A DNA stretch of 64,000 nt, taken from contig NW_005434643.1 in assembly GCF_000315625.1 (NCBI RefSeq), positions 128,212-192,211 of the forward strand, given 5' to 3'. The position numbers were made by a program, and so were the translations under genes. The stretch is from Guillardia theta CCMP2712 (Eukaryota; Protista; Cryptophyta). Position 1 is the first letter of the stretch, and every line of letters starts with the position of its first letter. Below, one piece after another: positions 13,239-26,814 of this stretch. A model generated the notes under the pieces. It did no database searches, was not told the origin of the DNA, and was given only the letters and a program-made list of their open reading frames with translations.

Positions 13239-14139
13239 ATGCTCAAGAGAACACCAAGGAAGAGAGTCCCTTTCGGCGATGTTGAGAGTGAGATCAACGC
13301 AACTGCTGATGAGACCAACATCATGAAATCAGGTAACACAATTGAAACCACTTGTAATGCCCTCCCTTCCTGCAGCAATGCTCATGCGCTCACCGTCTCC
13401 ATCGCCAGGAGGAAAGGGAAAGAGATTACTCTGCAGCCCGGGCAAGAACAACTATCCCTCTGCCAAGAACCCGGACCTCCTCCTCGAGGTCAAGGACGAC
13501 ACGCAGTGGGACGACGTGAGCAACGAGATCAATGCCTGCTCTCCTAAAGATCTCTCCTCCATCGAGCTGTCCCTGGGAGAAAGCAGGAAGACCCGTTCCT
13601 CCCGCAAGACTCCCTCCACGAAGAAGGCCGAGCAGGAGGACCAGGAGAACGTCGTTGATTCGCATCCTCAGCCCACCAAGACTCCAACTCGCTCCAGGGC
13701 AAAGGCTGCCGCTGCAGCTCCAGTAGATGTTCCAGCACCAGCTCCAGTCGCAGAAACAGCGCCAGCCCCTCCTCCTTCCGTCTCCTCCAAGAGCGACTCT
13801 CCAATCCTGGCCAGTCCTGGACCTGTGACCCGCTCCCGGAGCAGGAAGAGCGTGACGAAGCCCATGGAAATGAAGGCCGAGGAGAAGAAAGAAAAGGCCA
13901 CCGAGGAGAACCAGGTCGAGGAGAGGAGGGAGGAGAGTAAGGAGGAAGTGAAGTTGGAGGAGGAAGTTGCTGCTGTGACGGCGGGGGACCTCGATGTTGA
14001 AACAACGGTGTCTGCGCCGTTCCCGAAGATGTCCGAGAGGAATCTGCCTGTTGTGATGATTGGAGTCTTATTCTTTCTTGCCATGTCTGCGGCGATGTTC
14101 TTTTTCCTGAATTCTTCATCATCTCGCGTCGAGTTGTAA
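13239..14139 (+). CDS. hypothetical low-complexity tail-anchored membrane protein (one short intron ~13333-13375)
   Basis: S/T-P-rich and acidic ORF ending in a single hydrophobic helix VVMIGVLFFLAMSAAMFFFL. Confidence 0.7.
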
Positions 14140-14199
14140 CTCAGCTCTGCTTGAGAGCTTCCGCTGTTTTTGTCCTGCTACTGACAATTAATGAAGAGA

Positions 14200-17100
14200 T
14201 CGATTTTTGATCGTTTTCTCTTACTGAAAGAGCATTGAGATTTGTATTGTGACGAGACTTACGATGTTCACACCCGCACACCTTGAAACATCTCAGTGAA
14301 CGAAAACGACATAATTCCTCACATGATCATCAATAGCAAGACGTGGAGGTCAGGATATCGTTGTGGTGGCTTGATCTAGCACGTGTCATGCCCTTTGGTG
14401 TTGTCAAAGGTTTGCGAACCGAGAATTCCAAAGCATGCAGAACGAGGGTGACGCCAATGCTCCTGTCGGTCTTTTGATGAGATGGCAGTGATGAAGAAAA
14501 CGTCTCACCCTGCATAAACGACTATTGCACATGTTTTCATCAACCTTGACATCTGGCAAGCTTCCATCGGTGGGGAACAAGAGAAAGAGAGTTGAACCTG
14601 GAGAGGTTGCACTTGGTTGTGGATGTAGAAGATCAACATCCAGGAAAGCGCCAGCATTACAAGATATGGTTGGAGAAGGCCATCCCTGCACCGGAGCAGT
14701 CTTGATCAGCACGGTGAACGACTCTGCCCTCATGTCGGCTGGTTGATGCACCTGAGGAGTAGCGGAAACATTCCGACAATTGCAAAATGGGTGAAGAGAG
14801 GAGTGAGCAAGGCGAGAACTTGATCAGACATGGCGAGCTGTCAGCTGTCAAGCACTTGGCGTTGAGGTCGGATTGATGCGATACCAGATGGAGAGGGAGG
14901 AGAGGAAAGAGAATCGATTTCTCATGGACCTGTGGCGAGTTGTCAAGCGAGAAAATGGGAGGAAGGGAATGGCAGTTGAGATCAGGGTCGTGAGTGTACC
15001 TGGTACGCAAACAAGAAGAACGCAAGGGAGGAAGTCAGCAATCCCATCAGGAAGTTCTTTGACGTTGGTGATCTGAGGAGGACGATCGCTGTTTGATACA
15101 GTCACTACCTGACCTTCTGTTACCTTGCACTGATCGCTGCTGACCTGCAGGAATGAAACCCAAGATGGTAGCAAACATGCTGAGCGTCACGAGCTGGAGA
15201 AGAAGAGAATCACAGCGAGGAGAGGAGAGGGAGATCAGCTGGGGAGTGAGAAGGAGAGAGCAGAGAAGGGCAGGATAGATGGGAGGGAGATCTAGGTTCA
15301 TGTGCGGAGGAGGGGCGAGAGGAGGGTCGACGAACTTGATTGGAGGAGAATCTCGTTTTCCAGCGGAGCAGAGGGGCGGAGGCACACCTGCTCAATGAGA
15401 TCAGGAGAAGAAGAAAAGGAGGGAGGGAGGGAGGGAGGGAGGGAGGGAGGGAGGGAGGGAGGGAGGGAAAGTGGAGGGAGGAGTGATCGGAATGGAGTGT
15501 TTCAAGCACCAAAAATTGGCAACTTTGTCTTCGAACAGCCCTCTCTTGATGGGGAAGATCCTGTGTATGACCTGAAGTCGCTCAGAGCCTCGTGCCTTCT
15601 CCCTGGCTGTCTGACTGGACTCACTTGTAAGGTGCTCTCGACCGACAAGACCCACGGGAAGAAGCAGATAGCAAAGGTGACGATGACCGTAGCTCCTGCG
15701 GGTAGAAACCAAGAAATCATACAGGGGGGCAGGTAGATGAGAGGGCGTTGAGGTGATTTCATGTTGTTCTCACCAAGTTTTGCGATGTCAAAGGCAATAG
15801 TGTGCAGCCTCTTTGACTGGAGACACCTTCCGAGAAGGTAGAAGAACATGGCCTGCCATGCTGCGTGTCAAAAAGCTCCTTGTGCCGTCACTTTGAAGCT
15901 TCACGGGTGAGTAGTAGAGGGCGATCTGCTTGAAGCAAAGTGAGCAACAGAACCTGCAAAAGTCAAGGTCAACGTCAAACGTCAAAGTTAAAATCAGACG
16001 TGAATGTCCAATGTTAAAGCCATCACAAGGCAGAATCGCCGCAAAATTCTCATCGACAGAACCATCGGGCTGACGTTTTTCAGCTCGATCTCGAGATCGA
16101 GAGTTGTGGCACTCACAGGGCACTTCCGAGCATGTCGTCGGAGGTGATCTGCGATCCCGACTTGCTCCTCCTCTTCTTCTCCTCCCCGCTCACTAGGAAG
16201 GCGATCGACCAGGCGGTCAGCCCAAGACCTGAACGAGCGCATGTTACTGTCAGTCCACACGGTAGGGAGCGTGCCGACAGATGCTGTTGAACTGGAAGTG
16301 CCCATGGTCGATGAGAATAAGCCCGGGAGAAAGCAAACCCAGCAGGAGACAAACTCTTTTGGAGCTGCTTGAATGCTTGTACAGCGATCTTGCAACGGAA
16401 AACATGCCGGTGTAGAACACGAGAAGGTCAAACAACAAGACAATCGTCTGACCACCTTTGTCATTGCATCCCTTACAAGAGAATCTTCTAACCCTCATTC
16501 TGATCTTGGAAGCTGCTGTTTCATATCCTCGAGATTTATCTGCACATCACAATCATCAGCAATCTTGATCATCATGGCTGTGTTACGAGCCATTCCTCTC
16601 CCTCTCCTCCAAATGTTCCCGCCNNNNNNNNNNNNNNNNNNNNNNNNNNNNNNNNNNNNNNNNNNNNNNNNNNNNNNNNNNNNNNNNNNNNNNNNNNNNN
16701 NNNNNNNNNNNNNNNNNNNNNNNGGAGGGAGGGGAGGGGAGGGGAGGGAGGGAGGGAGGGAGGGAGGAGAGGAGGGAAGGAAAGAGGGAGGGGAGGAGGT
16801 AGCGACGGGACCGACATGAGATCGTTGTCTCTGGTTTCTCTGTACCAATCTTGAGCCGGAAGATGCAGCGTGATCTCCATCCAGTGTCTGCAGTCAACCA
16901 AGGATGTCAACCATCGTTCTATCCCCACTCCTCTCCCTTTCCCCTCCTCATTTTCTGTCCGTATCCTTCCTCCCACTTTCCTCCGCCTTCTGCTCTCTCT
17001 GACTGGTCGCACTCAGCACCCTCTGCCGCTCCCTCAATCTGCTGCATTCATCATCTCTTCAGCACATCCCGTCGTTTCTCTCTCATGACGGTCTCCTCCT

Positions 17101-17450
17101 CCTCCTCCTCCTCCTCCTCCCGACCCCTCCACCCTTCCTCCATGTCGCTCACTGCTCCCCCCTGGTTCGCTCTATGCGTTGCACGCCCAGGCCTACCAAC
17201 CTTTGAGCCTCGTAATCGCCGTACATCTTCGTCCCGTCTTCTCTCACTCGCCCTGAGCGGAAAATTTTCATCGTCATCGTAACAAGTCAGGTACTCACCG
17301 TCTTTGTTTCCCTGGCCGCTGTATGGGAACATCGATACAAGACATCTGCAGAGGATACTTCATCTCTCATAAGACGAAGGAGAACTTTTATAATCGAGAA
17401 CCGGTCATACGAGCACCGTGATGTCAACAACGACGTTCGGATCTTCTTCA
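14200..17450 (-). CDS. ALG6: Dol-P-Glc:Man9GlcNAc2-PP-Dol alpha-1,3-glucosyltransferase (multi-exon, spans N gap, ends approximate)
   Basis: Ordered motifs PYSGQG, RHWMEITLHLP..WY...NDL, PGLILIDHGHFQFNSI, FKQIALYY, HRIFPIKRGLFEDKVANFWC, QVHEKSILFPLLP, RDGLLQPY, PPQRYPDL. Confidence 0.92.
16624..16723. other. assembly gap (100 N)
   Basis: Run of N next to a GGGA repeat. Confidence 1.
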
Positions 17451-17544
17451 TCTATCTCCCTTCGGTATGCTACATTTCTCTATGAACTCGTACATTTTGG
17501 ACTCACAAATCCTGTTGTCTAACTTGCCCTCCCTTGCCCTCCTC

Positions 17545-17640
17545 TGCTCTCCTGCTCTCCTGCTCTCCTGCTCTCCTGCTCTCCTGCTCTCCTGCTCTCC
17601 TGCTCTCCTGCTCTCCTGCTCTCCTGCTCTCCTGCTCTCC
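17545..17640. repeat. 8-bp tandem repeat (CTCCTGCT)n
   Basis: About 12 direct copies. Confidence 0.95.
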
Positions 17641-18401
17641 TCCCTCCTCTTCTCTCACCTGAGAATCACGGAGAGCAATAACAGGGAGCGCATCGTGATC
17701 CAACAATCCCCGGGCTTGGGGGTAGCAAATAGCTCTAAGGATAGGGGGTAGGGGTATTTTGTATGTCTTCAGAGTACCGGTAGGCTTGAAATACACTTTC
17801 CATTACAGGAATATTGGTGGGTAGTTACTGGTCAATGTTTGGGTACTGAGCTCCGTGTTACTGAGATAAGGGGGTAGGCTCATGGAGAATTGAGCGAAGT
17901 CTTAGCGGCCTAAGGACATGAAGGTGACTCAGATATGGAGGGGGGGGAGGAGGAGAGGGAGAGGAAGTGAGGGAGAGGAGGAGAGGGAGGAGGAGAGGAG
18001 GAGGAGGAGAGGAGGAGAAATAAGAGGATGAAGATATCAGACTCAATATGATTCGAGCAAGAGGAGATGCAGACGAATCATGAATGTTTTCAACAATCCA
18101 GAAGGACAGAACATGATCACTTTGTTGGAGATGGAAGATTAGGGAATGAAACGATGGTGTTGTAGATGAAGAATGTGCTGTAGGAATCAGCTCCGGACAA
18201 GAGGAAGGATGGTAGCAATTCAAACCACCATCACTTGAAATCTCTCCCCATGAGCTTGTTCTTACTCTCTCACGTCTACCAGAACGTCTACCACATGTTC
18301 AAAGAACGTCTGCATGAGTCGTGGAGGTTCAGCGTCTGATCCAAGGTGCTCGAGACCTCTTCATCCCCATACCTCCACAGAGGGTCTCCACCGACGTCAG
18401 C

Positions 18402-21400
18402 ATGAGGTTCGGGAAGAACCTCCTGAGGAAGGTGGAGGTCGAGCAAGAGGATTTCTTGTCGGATGCCCCCACACCCGGTATGCTCGTCATGTTGAGGAAA
18501 CGACCTCTGGTTGCTGATGCTCGTTCCTCCTTGTCACGACAGACCACTCGTCGTCCTCGTCCTCTAGAGGTGACTTGACTTTCTCCCTTTGAGGTCTCTG
18601 ACCTCCTCCTCCTCCCTGCAGGGTCCAACGCCATCCCCGTGCTTGTCCGGATCAGGCCGCTGCTGCCCCACGAAGAGGTGAAGACTCGTCCTCATGGTGC
18701 TGCTGCTCAAACGTGACGGGGCAGGAGAGCGGCGAGGAGAGCGTATTGAGCGTTTGCAAGTCCGACCAAGATCGTATCTGCGACGTCAAACAGACAGGTC
18801 GTCCCCCTCGTCCTCCTTGCTCAACCTCGTTAGTGACCGCGCAGGAGCAGGAGCAGGAGGGCGGTCAGTCTTCCGAGGGCACGTGTACGGGCCGCAAGAG
18901 ACGTGATACCATCACTTGTCTTCACTGCCCCCCTCCCTCCCCCCCTCCCTCCCTCCCTCCCTCCCTCCCTCCCTCCCTCTCTCCCTCCCTCCCTCCCTCC
19001 CTCGTCCGTGAACGTCCGGAGTTTGTCACTCAATGTTGTTTAACGAAGTCTTGCAGGACGAGGAAGATGTACGAAGAGCATGTCAGCCCGCTCCTGAGCT
19101 CCTTCTTGGGAGGGACCAGGTGCGTTGGCTGCTGCCTGCTGCTCGTTGTCAACGTTGAGCAGTTGTGCGCTCTTGTTCTATGGCGGAGCTTCGAGCGGGA
19201 AAACTTTCACCGCATGTGGGGATCTGTCGGCAAGGAAAGTGGGAGGGAGGGAGGAGGAGGGGCAGGACGCGGGAGGGCTCCTGTTCCACCTGCTCAGCCA
19301 CCTCTTCGACGAGCTGGGAAGGAGGGGAGAGGAGGAGGAGGCGGCGTGCTCTTCAGTTTCTTTGTCCTACTTCGAGATATACAACGAGCTGGTGCTGTGC
19401 TGGCCTGCTGCGAGGCAGTTGAAGACTTACAAAGATGAATCAGATCAACGATCTCTTTGATTCAAAAAACGTGAAACTCAGTCTAGGGGGGATTCAAACT
19501 TCGGCATGAAAGTGAGGAGGAGGAGGGAGGGGGGGGAAGAGGGAGGGGGAGGGAGAGGGATGGGGAGGAGGAGGAGGGGCAAGGAGGAGGAGGAGGAGGG
19601 AGGGGGGAGGGGGAAGGGGGGAGGGGAGGAGGAGGAGGGAGGGGGAATGGGGGGGAATGGGGGTTTAAGATGATGGTTGTGCACAGGTACGAGGTTTGAA
19701 GGAAAAGGAGGTATCAGGAGTGGAGGAATGCTTTGTGCTGCTTCAGAATGCGGAGAGGAGAAGGAGATTTGTGGATGTAAGAAGGAGGAGAAGAAGAGAG
19801 GAGAGCGGGAGGGGAAGGAGGGGAAAAGGGAAGTGTAGAGGAGGAGTAAGCTGTGCTGAATGCCTGACGCCGTTTGTTTTCTCTTGTCTTGTTTGTCTCC
19901 TCGTTCCTTTGGTGTGTTGGCTTCAGATGAGGACGAATTTCAGCCGGAGACCGCTCTCCACTTCCATCGTTCAACTCACCGTCAGGGTCTCCTCGTCCTC
20001 CAGTCGAGCTGCTTCCCATCCCGAGGCCGCTGACGTCTGCTCCTCCTTCTTCCTTGTCGACCTCGCATCCTTCTCCACCAGTGCCGAGCTGGAGGCGCAG
20101 GGCTCCAACATGTACAAGTCGCTCTACACCCTCCGTCTCATCCTCCAGAGGCTATCCGACAGTCAGAAGTCACAGGGCGGGAACTTGGTGCTTCCATTCC
20201 GAGAGAGTAAGCTGACTAGGCTGCTGAAGCCTTGTCTGGACGGGACCTCTAGGTGACTGAGAGGAGGAGGAAGGGTGAAGAGCGAATGATGCTCTTACTG
20301 CCTTGCAGGCTGTGCCTTGTCTGCACCCTCTCTCCTGCTACTGAGTCGGAGGACGCATCCCTTCAGACCCTCGCGTTCGCAGCTGCTGTGTCTAGCATCC
20401 ACCAAGACGCTTGCTCGGTGTCTTCAAAGGCGTCCAAGATAGCAAACCAGTGCGAATGCGACAAGTGCAGCATTCCAAAAGTGAGGAAGAGACAAGGGAG
20501 AGATGATGAGATGATGTGATGTGAAGCATGGTCTTTGGTGAGAGAGAGTACATCGTTCTCATCAGAGCTGATGCAGATGATGATAGAAATGATGGAGATG
20601 CTGCTGATAGAGAGGAGGAGGAGGAAGGGGAGGAGGAGGAGGAGGAGGAGGAGGAGGAGGAGGAGGAGGAGGAGGAGGAAGGAGGGGGGGCGAGGAGGGG
20701 GTGGAGGTAGTGGTGGTGATGATGAAGAAGGATGATAGAGGATGATGTACAGATCATTCTCGGTTCCACTTTATCTCGCGTTTCGCTTCTGACATGTCAA
20801 TCTCTGTCCATCAGCATTACTCAGCCGCTCGAGATGTCTTCAGAGATCTCTTTTCCTTCTTCAGGTGACAGCAGCCCACAACACCTCCAACCCCAGCTGA
20901 CTCTGACCCCACAGGGTCTTCAAGTCCCAGCAGAAATTCCAGCTGCCCAAGGTAGTGGTAGACGAGTGCCTGTCAACTTTTGGGAACGAAGTCGAGAGGA
21001 TCCGGGTGAGATTCTTGTTTCCTTCCTCCTTCTCCCTTTCCGACGTTGTTCCACCAGACGGCATGTGGAGAGGTCAAGAGCAATATGAACTTCAAGCTCG
21101 TCAAGTCGCTGTCCCTGGACGAGAGCGAGCTGGCTCGAGCCTCCTCCTCCTCCTCCTCCTTCCCGCCCCCGCCGTCCTCCTCCTTGCCTCGGTCCTCGTC
21201 GTTCCTTCCTGACATCCGCAAGAGCTTGCAGAGCAGGCAGAAGAGTCGCAGAAGTGATGAGATTGGAGTTGTTTGGTGCTGTTTGACTTCCTCCCAGCTA
21301 TCACGATGGACAAGAGAAGGTCAATGCCCTCGTCGTCGATCATATCAGAGACTATGAAGATTGCTGCTGGTACAGCTCGCAAGTCGTGCGATGGGGCGAT

Positions 21401-22437
21401 AAATCCTGGTAAAGATCCTTCCTTCGTTGCATTGTTGATGTTGCTGTTACTACTTCTGGTTATCTCGGTGATATCGATGTTGATTGTGTTCGTATCATAC
21501 TCATCTCATGTGAATTCTCACTCAGCTTACTTGGACATGATCGCCTCGGTGCTGGACAAGGTCAAACTTCGTTTGTGATGGTTGGCGGTATCTGAAGACA
21601 TTGTACAGTGCGAACTGATGCTGAAAGAATGCCAAGAATATTCTCAACAGCAGCGTGACAGCCATCAAGGTGACAGTCAATCTGAACTTATCTCCTGTCA
21701 TACCCTTCTTCCTCTTTGCTTCCGCTCCACCTGTTTCTTCCTCCCCTACTTTGTCTTCCTCTTACTTATTTTCACCTCCTCCATCCCCCCCGTTCCACTC
21801 CTCTGCTTCTTGTTCATCCTCCCTTGTTTTTCTCGTCAGTCTATCTCTTCTGAAGTTTTCGATCAGCCTCTAAGGCGATTGACTTGAAGCTTGAGGCCCT
21901 GAAGAGTGTAAGACTACATATCATTGTGACGATGATTGAAAAAGGATGATGATGATAATGATAATGATGATGATGGTGATGGTGATGGTGATGGTGATGG
22001 TGATGGTGATGGTGATGGTGATGGTGATGGTGATGGTGATGGTGATGGTGATGGTGATGGTGATGGTGATGGTGATGGTGATGGTGATGGTGATGGTGAT
22101 GGTGATGATGGACACGTGGCAGGATCTTCGTGGACTCAACGACATTCTCGAGCGACTGGCCAGGATGAGAAGAAGCAGAACAGCACAACTAGCGACGACT
22201 ACTGAACAAGATGGCGAGAGTTTGTTGGCTGAACATCTTGAACAAATTCTTCCTTCCTCTTCCTCCTCCTCCTCCTCCCCCCTCTCCATATCATCAATGA
22301 TGAAGAGAACTCCGTCTTCCTCGTCAGAGGACATCGAAAGAATCGCACAAGACATGAACTACCGGATGAATTGGATTGAGAGTGTTTACTCGAACATCGA
22401 ACAACGACGACGGTAAGACTGCAACAGAGCAACTGAT

Positions 22438-22478
<41 letters not shown>

Positions 22479-25330
22479 CTCCTTCCCCCCCCCCGCCCCC
22501 CCAACTCCTCTCTTTCTCTCTTTCTCGTTCTCTCGTCTTCCAACATCTTCTCATCCAAGTTGATCCTCTAACTTGTTTTTGTTGCAGTGAGATCTCAACC
22601 CTCGTCGCCGCTGAGCAGAAATCTCTCGAGTCGATCCTCGCAGCGCAAGGCGATGACGACGAAGTGGACGAAGGGAGCATGGGGATGGAGGGAGAGTTTT
22701 CTCTGCCCCCTGCTGCCCTGGAGGGGGCGGGAACGGCTGTGCTGGAAGGCAAAGTCGTCAAGAAGGAGGCAGAGAGGAGGATCAGATTCTATCAGAATCA
22801 TCAGGAGAGCAGCAGCAGGCAGGCGGAGAAAGGCAGCAAGTTGAGCCTTCGAGCTAGACTCAAGTCCTTCTCGTCCCTTCCAAATCTGAGCATGCAGGCG
22901 GGACAGGAGGAGGTGGCGCCTGCCAGGCTGCTCAAGACGGCAAGCGGGACGAGGGCGAGGAGATCTCTTGACATGTCGCCCCATCTTCGCGTGCAGCGAT
23001 CAGCAAGCTCGAGCTTGGACTCGCTGGCGATGCAGCAGACAGCGAGGGGGAAGGGAGAGAATCAAGGAAGGCAACGAGGAGAGGCGAGAAGAGATGGGGG
23101 AGGAGGAAGAAAGGAGGAAGAGGATGTAGAAGGAAGGGAAACGGCCCAACAAGAGGAAGGTGGTGGGTCATGGGAAGAAAAGAGCGGGGGATCGAGCGGC
23201 AAAGGCGCAGGAGGAGCAGACGTAGGGTCCTCCGCGTCCTTGGTTGCTGCTTCCGGCCCTTCGGATGTACGCAAGGCTGAGGAGGAGCGCGAGAAATACA
23301 GCAGCGGAGGCGAAGGCAGAGGCAGAGAGGCAGGAGAATGGGCGGAAGAAGATGAGGCAAGGAGATGGGATAGCGAGAAAGGAGGAGGGGGAGGAGGAGA
23401 GAAAACTTCCATCCTCTCCTTCATGAAGAACCTGTGGTCCTCCCCCGTGGAGCAGATGGAGGCGCAATGTCTTGAGATGTTCAACGCGATGGAGATGCTG
23501 GAGGAGGAGAGCATCTGCCAGCAGCGAGGAGGAGCACTGGACGTCAAACTCAACATCCCCTCCCTTAATCTCCACCCCCTCGACAACCTGCTGCTCGTCT
23601 CCATGGGTTCGAACCGCTTCCTGCAGCAAGGACACGAGTCGATTAGCGTGGAGGGCAATGGCCCTCGTTGCGTCCGGCTCCCCCATGTGAGCGATGAAGA
23701 TGACTATTGCCCGCTCCCTAGCTACTCTGCTACTTACTCGTCTTTGTTCTTGCATGTCGACGCTTTTTTGCTTACATGCTCTGCTTCTGTCTCTGCCTCA
23801 TTCTATATTCCTTGATGATTCAATCTCTCCTGTTTCTTCCGCCTCTTGCTCTCTGTCTCTCTCCTCTTCTCCTTGCTACCCTCGCCTCTTGCCCTCCTCT
23901 CTCATCGGCATGCAGGGACGACCGATCGCGCTCGCTGCATCCTGGAGGAACTCCTCGCTCGTCCTCGAGGCAGGCAGCATCTTCCAGCTCGGCATCAAGG
24001 ATCTCGGCGGCTCTGTCAAGCCCAGCAAAGGCTCACCTGCCGTAAGCAGGACCGCGAGGAAGGTTGAAGAGAGCAGGAGCAGGAGCAGGGGCAGGAGGGC
24101 GGCAGAGGAGGGTCAGCAGCAGCAGCAGCAGCAAGAGTGCGGCGCGCTCCTCCTGGGGGCTCCGCATCTCGACCGGCACCAGGCGAGGCAGATCGCGTGC
24201 GGATGGCAGCATTGCCTCGTGCTCACTCACGTCGGCGCTGTCTTCAGCTGGGGGTTCGGGGGATACGGAGCTCTCGGGCATGGCGTCAAGTACAGCAGGA
24301 AGGAGCCGCAGGTCGTCGATGCTCTTCTTGGACGCCTCGTCCTCTCCGTCGCTTGCGGCTCTTACGCAAGCTCTGCCGTCACGACGGAGGGCAGGCTGTA
24401 CACGTGGGGATGGGGAAGGTAAGCGAGTGCCGCGTGCTGCTAGCAGTGAGTCACAACGAGCGGCAGGAGCGGGATACTCGGGCAAGGGAGCACCAGGAAC
24501 GAGATGAGTCCGCGAGAGGTAAGGATGTGCTTTGCCGAGGAGCCGCTCCCTCCTGCTGTCAAGTGCGCGATGGGACACGAGCACATGCTCGTCCTGACCC
24601 GCAAGGGCGACCTGTTCTCCTGCGGCAACGGAAGCAGCGGCAGGCTGGGATACGTGGGGGCGAGGGAGGAGTGGCTGCTGAGGAGAGTGAAGACCGCAGC
24701 TAACGGGGAGGAGCTGTCTTGGATCAACGATGTCGCCTGCGGCTACGCTCACTCTGCCATCATCGATTCGCACGGTCGCCTCCTCACGTGCGGGCAGGGG
24801 GCCCATGGGGCACTGGGGCACGAGAACTTTGAGGATCAGTTCTACTTTGTCTGCGTGCTGGGGCTGCCGCGGCAGGTCAAGAAGGTCGCGTGCGGGGGCT
24901 TCTTCACTGCCTGTATACTCGCGGCAGGGGGTACAGGAGAGGACGGGACGGTTGTGACCTGCAACGAGGTCTGGACGTTTGGGAGGAACGAATATCAGCA
25001 GCTAGGAAGGAAGTGCGTGAGGAAAGAGCGTTTTAGGAACGACCCCGAGCTCCTCGAAGCAGCCACGTCGCATCCTAACTTTGTCAGGCTGGTGGCGGAG
25101 GAGCCCGAGGAGAAGGAGAAGGAGAAGGAGAAGGAGAAGGAGAAGAAGGAAGTTGAGTGGTTCCAGTGCTATCTCTGGGCAGGTGAACGAGCCTCCTGAT
25201 CTTTATTCAGTCTTCCCCCCCCTATTGTCCTGCTCCTTTGTTAACTCTGCTCATCCCCAGAACCGCATGACATGGAGGACGCCGTCCCTTACCCTGTCAA
25301 ACTCTTCAGGTGATTCCTCCTCCCGATGCT
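18402..25330 (+). CDS. divergent kinesin motor domain + coiled/low-complexity region + C-terminal RCC1 repeats (single-gene model inferred)
   Basis: Kinesin words: VLVRIRPL, YGGASSGKTFT, VSLSYFEIYNE, FFLVDLA, PFRESKLTRLLKPCLDG, TLSP..SLQTLAFA. RCC1 words at 24160-25100: IACGWQHCLVLT..VFSWGFGGYGALGHG, VACGYAHSA..GQGAHGALG, VWTFGRNEYQQLG. Confidence 0.75.
21945..22110. repeat. (GATGGT)n hexamer repeat, probably intronic
   Basis: Pure run followed by an AG acceptor. Confidence 0.95.
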
Positions 25331-26149
25331 TTTCCCTTCCTCGTTCAAACTTCCTACAGCGCCAAGCATGGAACTCTCTCTGCGCTTGACCTTGCTGCTG
25401 GTCAAGCTCATCTTGTCGTCGTAGCGAAGGCCATGCTGTAGGGTAAGACAAACAAGGGAGGGAGGGAGGGAGGGAGGGAGGGAGGGAGGGAGGGAGGGAG
25501 GGAGGGAGGGAGTGGGAGGGGTGGAGGGGTAGGGGCAATTGCACGATCCAGAAGAGGATTGTTCTCACATTGCAGCAGGTATAGAATGTTGTAGCAACAT
25601 GTGAATAGTGTAGAGTAGCAATCGTTTATTGTTGCGATGTTGTGAATATGTACAATTATGATTCGTGCCTGCCAACCAAGAAATGGTTGTAGCTTCTTGT
25701 TTTCACCTGCCATCATGCGCAGTTACAACCTGAGATCAGACTGAACCCCCAAGGGTTGAAAGTTTGGTCCCTCTCGTGGTACTTGAAGCAGATAGCATTC
25801 ACATGGTTCGGCGAGCACGCGATTGCCTTGTCGCAGACCCACACCTTCTCCTGACTAATAATTATCTCTGTTCGCAGACCGCCAGTAGAGGACGTCTCCT
25901 CCTCCTCCACGATCGTTTCCTACGGCTCCTCCCGAGCCAACATTTGCATGTGGAACGAGAAATCTCTAGCTCGCCGGCACATCACGCTCTTCCTCCCGGT
26001 CGACCGATGGGCCAGCTCTATTTTTCGGAGCAGCTCTGCACGCTATCATCGTACGGGATAAGAGAGGTGTCTGCAGTTGGAGAAAACCAACACTGCATGT
26101 GGGATGATTGAAGAAGAACGTTCCGGAACGGGTATGAGCTCTGTCGAGC

Positions 26150-26560
26150 ACATCGTCAACTCCAGCGAGACGACACCCTATCTCCTTCAGAGCTGCTGCG
26201 AAGCTCTGGAGGCAACATGTAAATCTCTTCGTCGATGTCGGCATTCAAGAAAGCCGTAGAGATATCTCGCATCGACAGTTCCGGGCCAGTTGTTGCCTGC
26301 AGCAATCGCACGCATCAGCCTGATATTTTGAAAATCTGATGTTGGAGCATAGACTGGGCCATCTGTTAGGACCAGGTTTCCGGATCTGGTTTCCCGCAGG
26401 CAAATATTACCTGCCTCCAGTTAAATTTTTCAAGTCGACCATTTCAGTATCGTGCCGCTCAGAGTGTACACCCACTGAAATGGGACGATCTTGGAATTTC
26501 GATCTTTCGGGGAATCCACTGCTTCCCATACACGTTTGGTTTCCATACTGTCGAGTTCTT
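26150..26560 (-). mobile_element. Ty1/copia reverse-transcriptase remnant (frameshifted, internally deleted)
   Basis: The minus strand reads PVYAPTSDFQNIRLMRAIAAGNNW then, in another frame, ELSMRDISTAFLNADIDEEIYMLPP (26207-26266). These are the typical RVT_2 motifs. Confidence 0.8.
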
Positions 26561-26814
26561 TACGTTCAACCTCCAACCATTGTTGTTACCCCCGCTCAAC
26601 AGCATTTTTTTTACTTGTTCTCGGGGCTTTGATAGTGCCGTCCCTGCTGTTGTCAGATTCAGCTTCATAAGTTGTCTGCAACAGGAGTCAGGGAGCTGTA
26701 TTTCGTTGTCCTGCCCACTGGACATTCATGTAAGCGAACAGCAATGGCTTTGAGACGTTTGCCCCGGTACAACGTCCACCTGGTTACTACCGCTCGCTGA
26801 TGCACTTGGTTGAG

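Noticed and set aside
21841-22416. Poly-His, poly-MV and poly-DG ORFs
   Set aside because: These are translations of the (GATGGT)n microsatellite.
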